64,000 nucleotides of DNA from Selaginella moellendorffii (GCF_000143415.4 NW_003314322.1:807430-871429); one strand, 5' to 3'; positions 1-13,399 are shown, numbered from the stretch's first letter. The notes: generated by a model not told the origin, from the letters alone. Translations and numbers: made by a program.

Positions 1-2450
1 ATGAGTTTAACTTTTTGTTAGCGTAATTGCCATTTATGAGAGGATTTATTATATGTGTAGTACAATAGAATTTGAGTATATGTATATTGCTTTGCATTAT
101 TATCTTGCATGTTTAAATTGAACCATTGTGCAAACATTGTTTCATTTTAAGTGGCTTTTTCTAGTGCTCTTTGTTCATGACTTAGTATGAAATAAACATT
201 TTGAAAATTAGGTAAATGAACTAGAAGGTATATAATAGTTAATGATTTATCATGCATACAAAACTTAAATATATGCTATATGGCTTTAAAAGCAAAAATA
301 TATTGAGCATCGATAAAATTTGAGATTTTGTCCCAATTTAAAGTCCCTCATTTTTCAGATGCAATTAAGAATTCTAATGTTGCACAATTATAACCTTTGT
401 GTACATATTGAAATAAATATTTAATACTTTTAATAAAAGCACAGATTTTTACATTGATATGTGATTTATATTTCTTACAAAGGTATTTAATATAAAGAAT
501 AATCCATCTATTCTCAATAGTACAACCATTTTTTATGAAAGTGATTCCATTATCAGGTTAGTAGTAATCAGGATAACCATCAACACAATAAATGGTTTCA
601 ACATTAAATTCTTTTGGATAATTCTTAGAGCATTTGTTATTTTTTATGCAAGGGCTTCTAGGATTTAAATAACCACATGGACCATGTATCATATGATTTA
701 TAATTATGTTATGCAATTTTAGTTTTAGTAGTGGATGTGGCAACTGTGCAATCTCAAATTCATCAACTGAGTTATGGTTTCTTATCTTGTCTTCACTTGA
801 TAACATTACTAATAAATGACAATGAAACAAACCTCTTTTCTGGAATTCAATAACATAAATATATATGATGCACTTCCCAAAAATTCCTTTAATACTTATA
901 TCATGTAGGAATTCTTTAAGTTTCAAGTTGAAAACTCTTGAAATAAAATCAAGTCGATCTTGAAGTGATTCATTTGGTTATAAGTTTTTCACAATTTCAG
1001 GCCACTTTAGGTTGTATGTAAATGTAATAAATAAGTCAAGTTTTCCAAAATATGTGATAATAACAATAGCATCTTGACAATATTGTTGCATTACTCGTGG
1101 GCTACTAAGAAATGTAGAAGGCAAAATTATAGCTCTTTTAGTTTCAGTGTTATTAGTAGCGGCTCTGTTACTAACATAGTCCATAAAACCTGTGTAATAA
1201 TCCACTTTTAAGTGTTTTTGATGAGTGCAAAAAAAAATTAAAGTTGTTAGATTCAACCTTTACATAAGCATTAATCATAAATTGTTAAGTGAACTTCCCA
1301 ACATATAGCAATTGATCATAAAGGAAAGAGTTGCCAATGCTATCTCGTTGAAATAATTTATATGTATAGTATTGGAGTAGCATTACATGCAACTCATTGT
1401 GGTAAATTTTTTCATACCAACCTTTATCACCAAATAGTAAAAGTAAAGGATAAATTATAAGATCACAATTTTCATTAAGAATAAAAAGTTGTTTTATGGA
1501 TGTATGCATATTTCTCTATTAAGAGATGGCTCACCTTCATCAATAGCAAAAACAACAATAACATCATTAATCTGTGGCAAGTTATAACAATGTAAATTAG
1601 TACCTTCACTTCTAACAATCATGTAAATACCATGCTTCAGAGTTCTATTACAAATTAAGTGATGTTGTTCTTGTAGTTCAAGATTATACATCATTTGAAA
1701 AGCTTGTGCATATGGGTTTATTATTCTTAACAAATGATCTAACTATAATAACAAATTAGGATCACAATTTATGTTGAATGGGTTTTGCTTTCTAATATTT
1801 ATAGCCTCAGATGCGTCAAGTATGTAAAGTTGTCCATATGATGGTGGTATCTTAGTAGCAGGATATGCTAAAGTAATATTGTGATAAATTTGACCATGTA
1901 TTCTAAAACAATATAAGCCTTTACCACTTAAATTATCAATATTAACACCCATTGATGCAAAAGCACTATTGAAATTTCTTATGTTAATTTTAAAGTTGGA
2001 GGTTTTATTTTCATTAGGTAAAGATGAAAGTTGAGGAAGGGAAATTTTTCCATTCTGGCAACACATTGATCTTGACTCGTTTTCAAAATGTAATGCACCA
2101 CAAAAGACACATATGGATGACATATTTCCAATATTAAACATATGTGTTGTATGGTCATTATAATTCTTTGATGTACTAATTTATAGACAGTATAACTATG
2201 ATGATTGCATGCATTTGTATTAGTTTCATTAGCATTTTCAATGTCTATATTTGTATGACCTTCATCAGCATGTGCTATATTTGTATTAGCATCGTAAAGA
2301 TCTTAAGTAATTTTTGCATTAGCATGTTCAAAGTCTAAATTAGTTTCTTCATTAGCATATGCAAAGTTGTTGTGAATATGAACATATGTGTTAGTATCAA
2401 TAGTTAGAGGCAACTGGTGATGTATGCCTTTTAATACTCCATGAAGCCAA
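1..2450 (-). mobile_element. Decayed Helitron Rep(/helicase) coding relic, running off the left window edge
   Basis: Broken minus-strand ORFs carry Helitron Rep motifs in the expected order: CVFCGALHFENE..CCQNGKISLP, FRIHGQIYH, YGQLYILD, ILPSTFLSSPRVMQQYCQDA..FGKLDLFITFT..WPEI, YVIEFQKRGLFHCHLL (HUH motif), MIHGPCG, and HINVKIC..SIKYLFQYVHKG. Many stops and frameshifts; AT-rich. Confidence 0.9.
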
Positions 2451-3631
2451 GGCATATTTGCTAGGGAGGAATTTTTGTTTGATAAATGAAATGAAATAAC
2501 CTATCTAGTGCAAATTTAAACATAAGGCAAAAAGTAGATGCGAGTGATGCATCAATTTAAAGGAAAATCAAAGAACTTATCTTAAAATTTTCAGAGGTTT
2601 TAAGTAAAAGCCAAAACTCATGTTCTTACACCCGAAAAAAAAATTTAAGAAAAATAATCGAAGACTATATAGTGAGAGCACAATCTATACATGCCTTAAG
2701 CTGTAAACAAAAGAGACTAATCTAACAACCAACAAAACCTAGACACAGGACTAGCACACATTTTCTAGGGTGTGGTGAGCGCCCAAAAAGCCTCCCATGC
2801 TTTTAAGAATACAATGACACTTGATCCATGAGAGGTGGGTGGGGTCGAGAACTCACCTTGGGCTTATTCTCTCTTGTAGAAGGACAGGGACTGCAAACTC
2901 TTTGATGGTTATGGCTGTGAAGGCTAGCTCTGGCACTAGATGGCATCCACAAACCCAAATGAAGACGTCTCAAATTTTCACAACACACAAAATCCAGATT
3001 GTTGGGGTTGGGGGCCAAATTAGCAGCTGCCAGCCTGATGCTGAACATGAATCTCTGCAGGAAGGAGTGCAATTGCTGCGATTGCCACTGATCTGGCAAG
3101 CAAGCGTTAGCTCAATTACGGCAGGGCATCTACGGTGAGTTAAAAAGAACGGGCATGGAGGCAAGACATCAATAGTGACACATGTTAGATGCCTGTTTTG
3201 CCTCACTTGGAGCCAATGAGCACTGGAGCTGTGGTGGTCTCCCACTAGCCAGTGCAAACATCAGAAAAATTTCTCATGCAACCATGGCTACCAACCCTGG
3301 CCCAGGCCTGGGATCCAATGGCCGGCGGCGCTATCACTTTATAAATATAAATATAAATAAATAAATATATTTATATTCATCACTTTAATATTCCTTTTTG
3401 CTCAAACATTATAATAGTTTAGACACTCAGAAAGCTTTAAAGTCTCATTTTGATCTTCATCCATCATAAACACTTAATGCTCCCTCTCAAGGTGATCTAC
3501 CTCATACTAAACCTTGGATTATTTTGCTGTATGTCTAGTCCCAAAATCTAACTTCCTCTTCTACCTCTGAAACTGTCCCTCCAATCTCTCCAAGAATTTT
3601 TATATCCCTTTCAAGATATCTATAATTATGC

Positions 3632-3732
3632 TTTACCTCTCTAGAACTATCATGGCTTGTTGCCTCTTAATCTATCCTATACTTTACCTCTCTAGAACTA
3701 TCACGGCTTGTTGCCTCTTGATCGATCCTATA
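3632..3732. repeat. Tandem duplication of about 51 bp inside a decayed repeat-derived region (about 3400-4950)
   Basis: tttacctctctagaactatca(t/c)ggcttgttgcctctt occurs twice in tandem. A motif tccctctcaaggtg.tctacctca..ct....cttgga recurs at about 3481 and 3982, and in inverted form near 20850-20890. Confidence 0.6.
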
Positions 3733-6110
3733 GATGCCTCTCTCTCAATAACACTTCCCAAAGAATCTTCTCACTGTTCTCCTTTAACCCAATCCAGAGC
3801 CATAATAGCTCTCTAAACCAGCCACCTGATGCTAACGCCTCTAGCTAGTGCCTCGCCTCTGAGCTGTGAATAACCAATCCATACCTCTGGACCACACTCA
3901 CACCTGCCTATGCCTCTGCTCCACAACAAGATCATAAACATTTCCTTTTTTGGAAGTCTCATCCTCTAATTGTTACATTGCTCCCTCTCAAGGTGCTCTA
4001 CCTCAAACTGAGGCCTTGGATAATCTAAACCACTTGAAGCAAGAGCAAGGATCTCTGGAAGGTAATGCTCTTGTGTGGAGTTATAAGCCACTCTCTAAAC
4101 TAGCCGTCCACAGGTTCTCTCTTCTAGCCAGCACCTTTAGACCCTACCTAAGAATCACAATGCCTCTAGCTAGTGCTTATCATCACCTTAATCCAGCACA
4201 CCTAGAGCTAGTGCCCTCTAGGTGCCTCTCCTAGCACTCAGCACCTCCACCCAACACCCAGCTTTGGTGCCATGCTGCCTCATCTCGCCCTGAGCAACTC
4301 ACCAGCCGCACTCCAATAGTGTCTAGTGCTCGGCCTGGCTTGTTGCATTGATTGATGGATCAATCACGATGCATAGAGGGAGAATGGAAAGATGGGGCCC
4401 CAGGCTCTGAGTAGCCAACCCGAAATTCCAATGCACCGCAAAGGGATAGAGGAGCGATTAGAAAATCGCAGGGCTACAACGCCCATGCATCGCCTCAGCT
4501 TGCCAACAGCGTCTACAGCCTCTAGTGCCTTTGCCAGTGTCTAGTGCTCTACCTAGTGCCTCAGGACACTGTCTAGCACCTCTACTAACACAAGCCTCTA
4601 CCCTTGAGCTCCACACCACACATAGCACATAACACCACCTATCTCAACATTTACCACCTTTGCCCTGACCTGGGCCTTAATGTAGCCATAGCCAAGAACT
4701 TCCTTTGCAGCCACAATTCTGTGACTCGCTCTCTTTGCCAACTTCCTTGCTAATCCACCTTTGACTAGCCACTTTGCTAGTGAGAGCCATCATCCCAGGA
4801 TCTAAAGTCTGAATAGTGACAATAGATGAGCAAAGGATATTTCTCTGATATATCAAACAACAAAAAAAACAAGAAGAATAGTTGAGCTCCAACTCTTCCT
4901 GGGCAGCAGGTTGCAAACGGCCAGCTCCCTCCTCAGGATAAGCCCTAAACCCTAGCCCTAGAACGTAAAGATTTTCTTGACTGTGATGTACTGTGATGAA
5001 ACACAGCCTTTTGGGATCACATAGCCTGGAAGAGAGAGAACACCATGATGTAATCTCAAAAAGTAGGAAGATTACATTCTACGTCCTTGAGTGCCTTTGG
5101 CATCACTCCTTGAGCCAAGCCGGACGAAAACCTGCGGTCAAACAATGCGTAGAAACAAAGTTTATCTGTCTAAAGTCTTGGCATACACTGCCGGAGAAGG
5201 ACTGTGTAAGCTCTCCTTCCTAGCTGGAGTATATAGCGTGAATGGATAGATACCATCTGTGTGGTTGGCCACAACGCAGCTGCCGCAGATGAGCTCAACA
5301 TGCGAAACTTTCTTGTGGAAACCGATCTCAGAAGTGTAATGCTTGTTTTCTCCCTTCATTTTTGAAACGAACAGGGAGCGAGTCGAACAGGGAGGATGTC
5401 GGGACGTGATCCTCCTAGCCAGCCTAAATCCCTAGGCCATGAAAGGGAATATTTCTGTTTTTTGCTACACAGGCCGAAATTACCAAGGCTGATCAAGGTT
5501 GGCATGCGGGAAGCTCCAGACTAGGGAAGTTAACGTATGGAAAGGTTTGCTTTTATGACTGCCGAAGCTTGTTTCTATCTCGCGACTCGTCCATGGCGAT
5601 GCATGCCGACACGCCCTGGAAGTCGACCCGGGGGTGGTGGTCTCTCTCGTCGGCTTCTACGGAAAGTGTGGTAGCATGGCCTCTGACGCGAGCTCGCTGC
5701 TCGAGTGGTGGCCTGGAGCGTGCTCTTGATGGGCAGGTGATAGCAAACTGGTGCTCAAATGTTCACGGACTGGTTCTTGCAGCTCTCAGCAGTGGTGCTC
5801 GTCGATCAAGGCCGGGGGATCTTCCAGGCGATGGAGCGCCGCCTGGGGATGGACCATACCTTGAGCCAGGTGGAGGGGGTGGAGGTCACTAGGAGGATGT
5901 CGGGACGTGATCCCAAAATGGAGAGAGCAACCAGAAGATCCAAACCTGTTTGATCACACCATGCGAATTACTTCACCTCTCATTCGGGGCTTTATACTTT
6001 TCTCAGATAAGCGCGGCATCGCAATACCAGTAGAGACTGGAACAAAGTCATGCTGTTTTCCAACGCTCAACAATTCCCTTGGCGATAAGATTGATCCACT
6101 GGGAGCAGTT

Positions 6111-7539
6111 TCACAACACACTCCGCATCTCAGATATGAACGCACCCAGTTTTGCAAGCCCTTCCTTCGGGGAGCTACTTTCACCCAAGAGCTTCACAGC
6201 TGCGCTACCAACAATTACACCGTCCGCTCCCCACTTAGCAATCTGTTCCAAAAGAGCACGCTATAACAAAGTATGCGGTATGGTTTGCTTACTTGAGCTG
6301 CTTGTTCGGGCGTCGAAACACCAAATCCAACAGCTATCGGCTTCGTCGTCACCTGAAAAGTTGAAAGTTTATTATGACTGGAGAAAACCAAATCAGCAAT
6401 ATACCTGCTTGAGGTCTTTAAGAAGCTCCTCGACTCGGATACTGAGAGAAGCCCTTGCCCCTGTCACACCGGTCAAGCTCACCTACGGAAAGATATCAGA
6501 TCTACTGCGATAGTTAAAGACCAAGAACTCACAAGATACACAAAACCCTGTGATGATTTGGCTATTTCTTCCATTCTTTCCCTCGGTGTGGTCGGCGTGG
6601 TTAGCAGCACCTAGAAAGATCAACCGAGAGTTAAAGTCAAGAACAAAAACTATCCAAAAGAGGTGGGCTCTTCAATGACACTTCAACTGAGAGCACTGGT
6701 ACCTGATGCTTACAAGCTCAATATCTTGTGCCGCTGTCTTCTCTCTCAGAGCTTGAGTTTCTTCCAAAGGTACATCGGGGACAACCAAGCCTAAATTCCA
6801 GATTTCGTAAGCTTTGGCAAGAGAAAAAAAGCATCACTCACCAGAAACACCAGCCTCTTTGATTGAGGCCACAAAGTTGTCAATCCCGCGCTTGAGGATT
6901 GGATTGAAATAAGTGAAGAGCACCAGCGGCGCAGACAAAGTTGGTGCTACCTGTTATTAAAAAAAACTCGTTGTAAAAGAAAACCTGTTATATAAGAAAA
7001 ATAGAAACTTTGGAGACATTTACCTCATGAACCATACTAAGAACGTTTTCCAGCGTCGTACCATTCCTGAGAGCCTTTGTGGCAGCAGCCTGAAAGATTG
7101 AAAACAAACAAACAAAAAATATCCAAAGAAAGTTGGATCAGGAAGAATAAAACAACGATGCAAAAAAAAAAAAAAAAAACTTACTTGAATCACTGGTCCA
7201 TCGGCTAAAGGATCCGAGTAAGGAACGCCCAGCTCAATAATATCCGCGCCTCGAGCATCCAGAAGCTTCAAAGCATCAGCCGTGGTCTCCAAGTTGGGAT
7301 CGCCAGCAGTGATATACGGGATCAAAGCAATCTACAGCTTCACATTTTGTATCAATCACAAAAAGGAGAGGATGGATCCTCACCTTCTTCAATTCGCGAA
7401 GCTGGGCAAACTTGGCGCTGACTCCCTTTCCAGTCACCACTGGAGTGCCGACGGCCGCCACGGCGAAAACCTGAGCACGTCCACTGCTAGATCTGATGAA
7501 GGGCGCACTGTTCATCCCCACGGGCTGGAGAGCCGCCAT
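6111..7539 (-). CDS. TSA: Tryptophan synthase alpha chain, plastid-targeted, 9 exons
   Basis: Spliced translation: [46 protein letters not shown] / [14 protein letters not shown] / [11 protein letters not shown] / LLTTPTTP / [15 protein letters not shown] / [13 protein letters not shown] / [15 protein letters not shown] introns; ATG at 7539, TGA at 6111-6113. Confidence 0.96.
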
Positions 7540-7624
7540 GGAAGAAAACCCCTCAAGAACCCTAAATGACTGTGGGCATTTTCCCGCCCAAACGTTTAAA
7601 ATGCAACGGAGAGCTAGGGTTCCA

Positions 7625-9808
7625 TCAATCGATGGTGAGCTCGTTGATATTGGCCAGGGTCACATAGGGCGCGGATTTCTCCGGCTCCAGGGCATAGATG
7701 TGCTCCGCCGCGCGGCTGCCCAGCCCGGCATCCACATGAATCCACGATGCCGTCAGCAAATTCCCCCAGCTGATCCTCCCCGGCGCCACCGGCATCGAAT
7801 CCACCAGGCCCTCGGCGTCCCCGAGCTCCCCAGCCCGGCCCAGCGCATCGATCATCGCCGTGTAGTGCCCTAGCGACGGATGATCCAGCCCAAAGTCGCG
7901 GGAGATCGCGGCGAAACATTCGTGCGCCTGCGCGATGGATCCAACCGCGCCGTGCGCCAGCAGCATCGTCGTCAGCGCGCTCTCGTCCGCCCGGATCCCG
8001 TGGAGCAGCATCTCGCGGAAGAGATCGATGGCGTCGCGGTGGTGGCCGTGATGGGCGAAGCCCGCGAGCATCACGCTCCAGAGGATTGGGTCGGGGATCC
8101 AGCGCGCCTGGCGGAACATCGTCGCGGCCTCGCGGATCTTGCCATTGCGCGTGTACGCCGCCATCAAGCTGGTCCACAGCACAAGATCCGGCTCGTGGAT
8201 TCGATCAAACAGGCGCTGGGCCTCCTGGAGCTCGCCATTGTCGGCGAATCCACACACCACGATCGTCCACACTGTCACGTCCCACTCGGGCATTCGATCC
8301 AGCACAGCTTTCGCCGCGGCGGCCTCTCCCCAGCGCGCGTAGGCGGCAACCATCGCGGTCCATGACACGATCGAGTGGAGCTCGCGCTTGGAATCGAAGA
8401 GGGCTTTTGCCGGATCGAGATGCCCACTTCGCGCATACGCCTGGAACATCGTGCTCCACGCGCCGGATCGAGACGAGACTGGGGTCTCATCGAAGACAAG
8501 CCGGGCTCCCGCAAGATCCCCATTGCGAGCAAATGCCGCGATCATCACGTTCCTCGAAGGGAGATCGCTGCTAGGCATGAAAGCAAAGATTCGAGACGAT
8601 GAATCCAGATTTCCGCTCGTAGCGTAGCCCTGGCAGAGAACGCTCCACGCGATTGGATCGGTCTCGGGCATTCGATCGATCACCCGGTGCGCAAAATCGA
8701 CTTGCCCAGAGAGAGCAAATGCGGTAGCGAGGGCAGTCCACGAGACATCGTTCTTCGCCGGCATGGATTGATCGAAGAACTCCTTGCAGGAATCTAGTCT
8801 TCCAGTTTGCGAGTACGCCGACAGCATCGCATTGCAAGCGACAGTGTCGATCTCCGGCATCGCATCAAACACGCTCTTCGATTCCTCCAGATGCCCTCTC
8901 TGGGCAAGGGCGTCGATCACTGCGGTTCCCGCGACGATCGAGTGGTGTGGCATCTTTTGGAATATTTCCCGCATCTCCGGAACATAGCCCGCCTTGGAGA
9001 AGGCGGCGACGATGAAGTTCCAGGTCACAGAGTTCTTCCCCGACGCAAGATCAAACAGACTCTTGGATTCCTGGAGTTGCCCGAGCTGCCCAGCTCCCGT
9101 GATCATCAGGTTCCATGAATTCAAGTCCCGGGTCGGCATGAGATCGAAGATCTTCCTCGCGGCGTCGAGGTCCCTGTGCTGGATGTGGATCTTGCAGGCG
9201 GCATTGCAAGCGATGGCGTCCCACTCTGGCATCCGGCGGAAGAATTCCAGCGCCAGCGACAGATCAAAGAGATGATCTTGTTGTTCTTCCCAGGAAATCT
9301 GTCCCAGGGCCGTGACCATAGTGATCCAAGACACAGCGCTCCTCTCCGGCATCGTTTCAAAGTAATGCTTCGCTCTATCAAGATGCCCAGTTTGGGCATT
9401 CACTGATATTACGGTGTTCCAGGAGATTGTGGCTCTCTGCGGCATTCGATCAAACAAGTCTCGCGCGTGATCGCAATCCAATGCTCTTGCGTAGGCACTG
9501 CAAAGAGAATTCCAGGTCACTACATTTCTCTGCGGCGCCCTATCGAAGAGTTCTTTGGCTTGCAGTGGATGCGCGGCTGTGGCATATGCCGCGATGATCG
9601 TGTTCCACGAGTAGATGTCCGGCAATTCGATCGCGTCGAAGGATCTCCGTGCCAGATCGAGGCTGCCGCATTTGCTGTACATGTTGAGCGCGAGATTGGC
9701 AAGATAGACGCTGCGCCGGTGCTTGCTCTCGAGGATCGCACTGTGGATCTGTGATCCCTGGGCTAGATCCCGGCAGTGCAGGAGCGCCCGGGCGAAATCC
9801 CCAAACAT
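7625..9808 (-). CDS. Intronless PLS-class PPR protein (long run of short ~31-aa motifs, C-terminal E domain, no DYW)
   Basis: 745-aa ORF starts at a GTG; first ATG is at 9808. Repeated 'A..LFDRMP.R...SWN.MI.AYA..G' motifs. Ends HYTAMIDALGRAG..AEGLVDSMPVAPGRISWGNLLTAS..APYVTLANI (E-domain-like). Confidence 0.93.
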   Translation of the reverse strand: MFGDFARALLHCRDLAQGSQIHSAILESKHRRSVYLANLALNMYSKCGSLDLARRSFDAIELPDIYSWNTIIAAYATAAHPLQAKELFDRAPQRNVVTWNSLCSAYARALDCDHARDLFDRMPQRATISWNTVISVNAQTGHLDRAKHYFETMPERSAVSWITMVTALGQISWEEQQDHLFDLSLALEFFRRMPEWDAIACNAACKIHIQHRDLDAARKIFDLMPTRDLNSWNLMITGAGQLGQLQESKSLFDLASGKNSVTWNFIVAAFSKAGYVPEMREIFQKMPHHSIVAGTAVIDALAQRGHLEESKSVFDAMPEIDTVACNAMLSAYSQTGRLDSCKEFFDQSMPAKNDVSWTALATAFALSGQVDFAHRVIDRMPETDPIAWSVLCQGYATSGNLDSSSRIFAFMPSSDLPSRNVMIAAFARNGDLAGARLVFDETPVSSRSGAWSTMFQAYARSGHLDPAKALFDSKRELHSIVSWTAMVAAYARWGEAAAAKAVLDRMPEWDVTVWTIVVCGFADNGELQEAQRLFDRIHEPDLVLWTSLMAAYTRNGKIREAATMFRQARWIPDPILWSVMLAGFAHHGHHRDAIDLFREMLLHGIRADESALTTMLLAHGAVGSIAQAHECFAAISRDFGLDHPSLGHYTAMIDALGRAGELGDAEGLVDSMPVAPGRISWGNLLTASWIHVDAGLGSRAAEHIYALEPEKSAPYVTLANINELTID

Positions 9809-9897
9809 GGGAGGAGGATGGATCAATGCGGCTCCACATCGAGATTTGAGTGGGAGAATCACGAGCTAGGGATAGGGTTTTTGGGAGTGAGGGAGGT

Positions 9898-12800
9898 ATG
9901 GCGTCGCCCATGGCGCCACCGGGCTCTCCAGATTCGCAGCACAATGTGGAGGAGGAGGAAGAGGAGGACGATCGCGACGATGCGGCAGCTGGAGGAGCTG
10001 GGGATCTCTACTCGACAGTGGTGTACAAGCCAGATCATCACTCCAGTGCCTACTCGGCCGCGCTCCACAAGAGTGCCAAGGATCTCTCGGCGCTACTCGA
10101 CAAATCCGCGGCCGGGGGCGATCTCGATGGGGAGGATGATATTTACTCCACTGTTGTGTACAAGGGATCGGCCAGGGAAGACGAGGACGAGGAGAGTGCC
10201 GTGAAGAGGAGCGATCCTGTCTCTGGGGAATTCAAGGCTAGCAGGGAGGAATTCTCGACAGTGATCCTCAGGACTGGTGAGTCGTTCGTTCGCAAGACTC
10301 CGGAATCTAGCGCGTTTCTCCGGAAGAAACCGAGCCTTCCCAGGTCCAGGGACGAAGTTCTAGCTCCTCCCCAGAATGACGAGAGGTTTGCAAAGCGCAG
10401 AGGCAGCAGCAGTCCTGTGCATGAGAATGTGGCTCGTGAAGATCCTTCTTTGAAGTACGATCTTCTCAACCAGCTTGGTAAGGATTTGTGTTCTTCTTCT
10501 TCTTTTCTTTCCTTCTCTTGATGGAGAGTGGGATTTTCGCAGGAAAGGGATCATATGGAGCGGTGTATAAGGCTCGGGATCGTAGAACATCCGAGTTCGT
10601 CGCGATCAAAGTTATATCCTTGACGGAAGGGGTAAGAAAGTTTGTAGTACTCTTTCAAGTGGTTCTTATATTATTTCCGTAAGCTAGGAAGAAGGCTATG
10701 ACGAGATACGAGGAGAGATTGAGATGCTGCAGCAGTGCAATCACCCCAACGTTGTGCGCTATCTGGGAAGCTATCAAGGAGAAGAATACTTGTGGGTAAG
10801 TTGTCGAGCAAGGAAAGAAACAGCAAGTGGTAATGGTTTTTTCCAGATTGTTATGGAATACTGTGGAGGAGGCAGCGTTGGGGATCTCATGAGCATTACT
10901 GATGAACCTCTGGAAGAAGTTCAAATCGCCTATATATGCAGAGAGGCTTTGAAGGTGCGTAAAGAAAGAATTGTTTTTGCACAAGATGCTTAGTGTTTGC
11001 CTCTTAGGGACTTGCTTACCTTCATGCAATCTTTAAAGTCCACCGTGATATCAAGGGGGGAAATATCTTACTTACGGAACAAGGAGAGGTGAAGCTGGGT
11101 AAGGATCTAGATTCTGGCGTACAAAAGAGATCAATCTTTTGCACTACTCAACTCACGTCTGTGCAGGTGATTTCGGTGTTGCGGCGCAGCTTACAAGAAC
11201 GATGTCTAAGCGTAACACTGTAAGTATGGAAATGTTTCTTTTGCATTGCTATAAGCTATTGCTTTGCAGTTTATTGGTACTCCTCATTGGATGGCTCCCG
11301 AAGTCATACAAGAAAGTCGGTATGATGGCAAGGTAAGCGTGTCTTTGATATTTGTTTCCTGTGAGAACTAATCTCTCAGCTAGGTGGACGTATGGGCTTT
11401 AGGAGTTTCGGCAATTGAAATGGCAGAGGTAAGTAACTATAATAACAAAGCATGCAAGGACTGAAACTTATTATTGATGCAGGGGCTTCCTCCAAGATCG
11501 AATGTTCACCCTATGCGTGTAAGACGTTTGTTTAGTTTCGATGAAGCATAATTTGCTGCGTTTCGTTTCAGGTATTGTTCATGATTTCCAGAGAGCCTGC
11601 GCCAATGCTGGAGGATAAAGAGAAATGGTACGTCAATCGTCCTGGTTTATGTGTGCTAAATCTCGAGCGTATTCAGGTCGTTGGTTTTTCACGATTTTGT
11701 AGCCAAATGTTTGACAAAGGAGCCACGTCTCAGACCGACAGCAACCGCGTTACTTCAGGTGTGGTTCTTTTTGTAGAATCAGTTTAATCCATCACATTTC
11801 CGTGAATTTCCCTGTGCAGCACAAGTTTATTGAGAAATGCAAAGGTAGCGCTACATCTATGCTTCCAAGGATCGAAAGAGCTCGAGCGTTGAAGGAATTG
11901 TCTGCTCGAACGTTTGGTCCAGAACAAGCAACAGTTTCCTCGGGGAATGGGGTGAGCTTTGATAATTTTTGCTTCGTTGATTTGAAAGTCATTTTGTGTG
12001 CTTCAGCAATGGTCATGGGAGAGGGGTCAAACCGTAAAAATGCATGAAAGCGTGGCTGCGACTGTATTAGTTAGACCAGACAAGGAAAAGGCGGATATTG
12101 ACAACGAGGATACTGATGGTTGACTATTCTTGGATTACAAAAACTTTGCGTTCTGATGCTTTTCTTTTGTGTGTGTGTGTTAGTTGGCGACTTTGGAACG
12201 ATGGTCGTTCACAGAACTTCGTCGTTAACGGCACAATCTAGTGACTTGCTTCCGCTGAATCAATCAAGTACCGACCTGCAAGGGGATAATGCCACCGTTA
12301 AAAGCAATGCGAAGGTGGAAAGCGAAAATGTAGTTGGCGAAGAAAGGTACGCGTTCGTCGTTCATTGACGGCTTTCTGGACGTTCTAATCCCGTTAATTT
12401 TTCAGACATGACGAGCCTGTGATTGCAGCGCCAATCGATCTCCCTCCGTTCTCCCCGGCTACGCCACCTTCTTTATCACCAAATCAACAACTTTCTAACG
12501 AGAACCAAACCCTGAGAAGAAGAAAAAGTCCTGGAGATGGAGCTACTACTGTGGGTGGAACAACGCCCCGTAATCTAGGAGGGTTTGCTTTGCATGACAA
12601 GGTACACAATTCTCTTTCGTTTCCTGGAACTTTTGCTTGATCCAAATTTCCGTGGCAGCTAGTGTCCATCTACGCGGCTGGAAACACTGTCCCAATACCG
12701 TTTCTACGAGCGACTGACATCTCTGCAATAGCCTTGCTATCCGACGACGTCTTGGGGAACGGTTTTGCCGATCACAGCGGCGCTGTGGCGCTGCAAACCG

Positions 12801-13189
12801 TCGAAGAACTCTACAATGCGGCCGGGGTGGCGGATTCCACATTCAAAAAGGGGAAGAAGCCAGGAACTAGTGAGGTATTTAACACACAAGCTGCTCTCTT
12901 GATTGAACCGGTGAGTGACGAGCTCCTTTGCACAGCAGACGCCTCTGCCCGCAAGCGTCTATCAAAGCCTGGCGACAAGCAGCACGCTCCAAAATCTCGC
13001 GCGTGCTCTAGCTTATCACAAAAGGTACTACCACTATCCATCTCGACAGTGCTTCCAAGTTCTAAGCGTCTCTCTCGCTTCTCATACAGATGCTACGAAG
13101 AAATGCCGCTGCAAGGTTGGCAGGCTGCTCAAGAAGAGCGCGTCATTGGCAACTTATCTGACACCCTGCGAACAATCTTGCGCCTGTAG
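9898..13189 (+). CDS. SIK1: STE20/MAP4K family Ser/Thr kinase, SIK1-like (plant Hippo-like), multi-exon
   Basis: [92 protein letters not shown]-terminus [20 protein letters not shown]...[19 protein letters not shown] matches my recollection of plant SIK1. Confidence 0.92.
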
Positions 13190-13399
13190 AAGAAGAATGG
13201 CAGCTTTGTGCAAAAATCCCAACTCCAGTGTAAGTAGCTAGTCAAATTAATCCAAGAGCTTGTTATTCTCTTACCATCTAAACCAGGATCTAGAGCAGCC
13301 AGTGGGAGCAGGCCACCTGGGCATCATCTTAGCCACTTAAAGACTTGTGGTGCTAGCGGTAGAGTGTCCGAGAGGAGTTTTTTTGGAGCGAGAGGAGCA

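Noticed and set aside
7496-9944. Numerous overlapping 60-190 aa ORFs on both strands (also over 43.7-45.2 kb, 56.9-58.0 kb and 59.3-61.1 kb)
   Set aside because: Shadow ORFs of GC-rich real genes, with no independent protein motifs.
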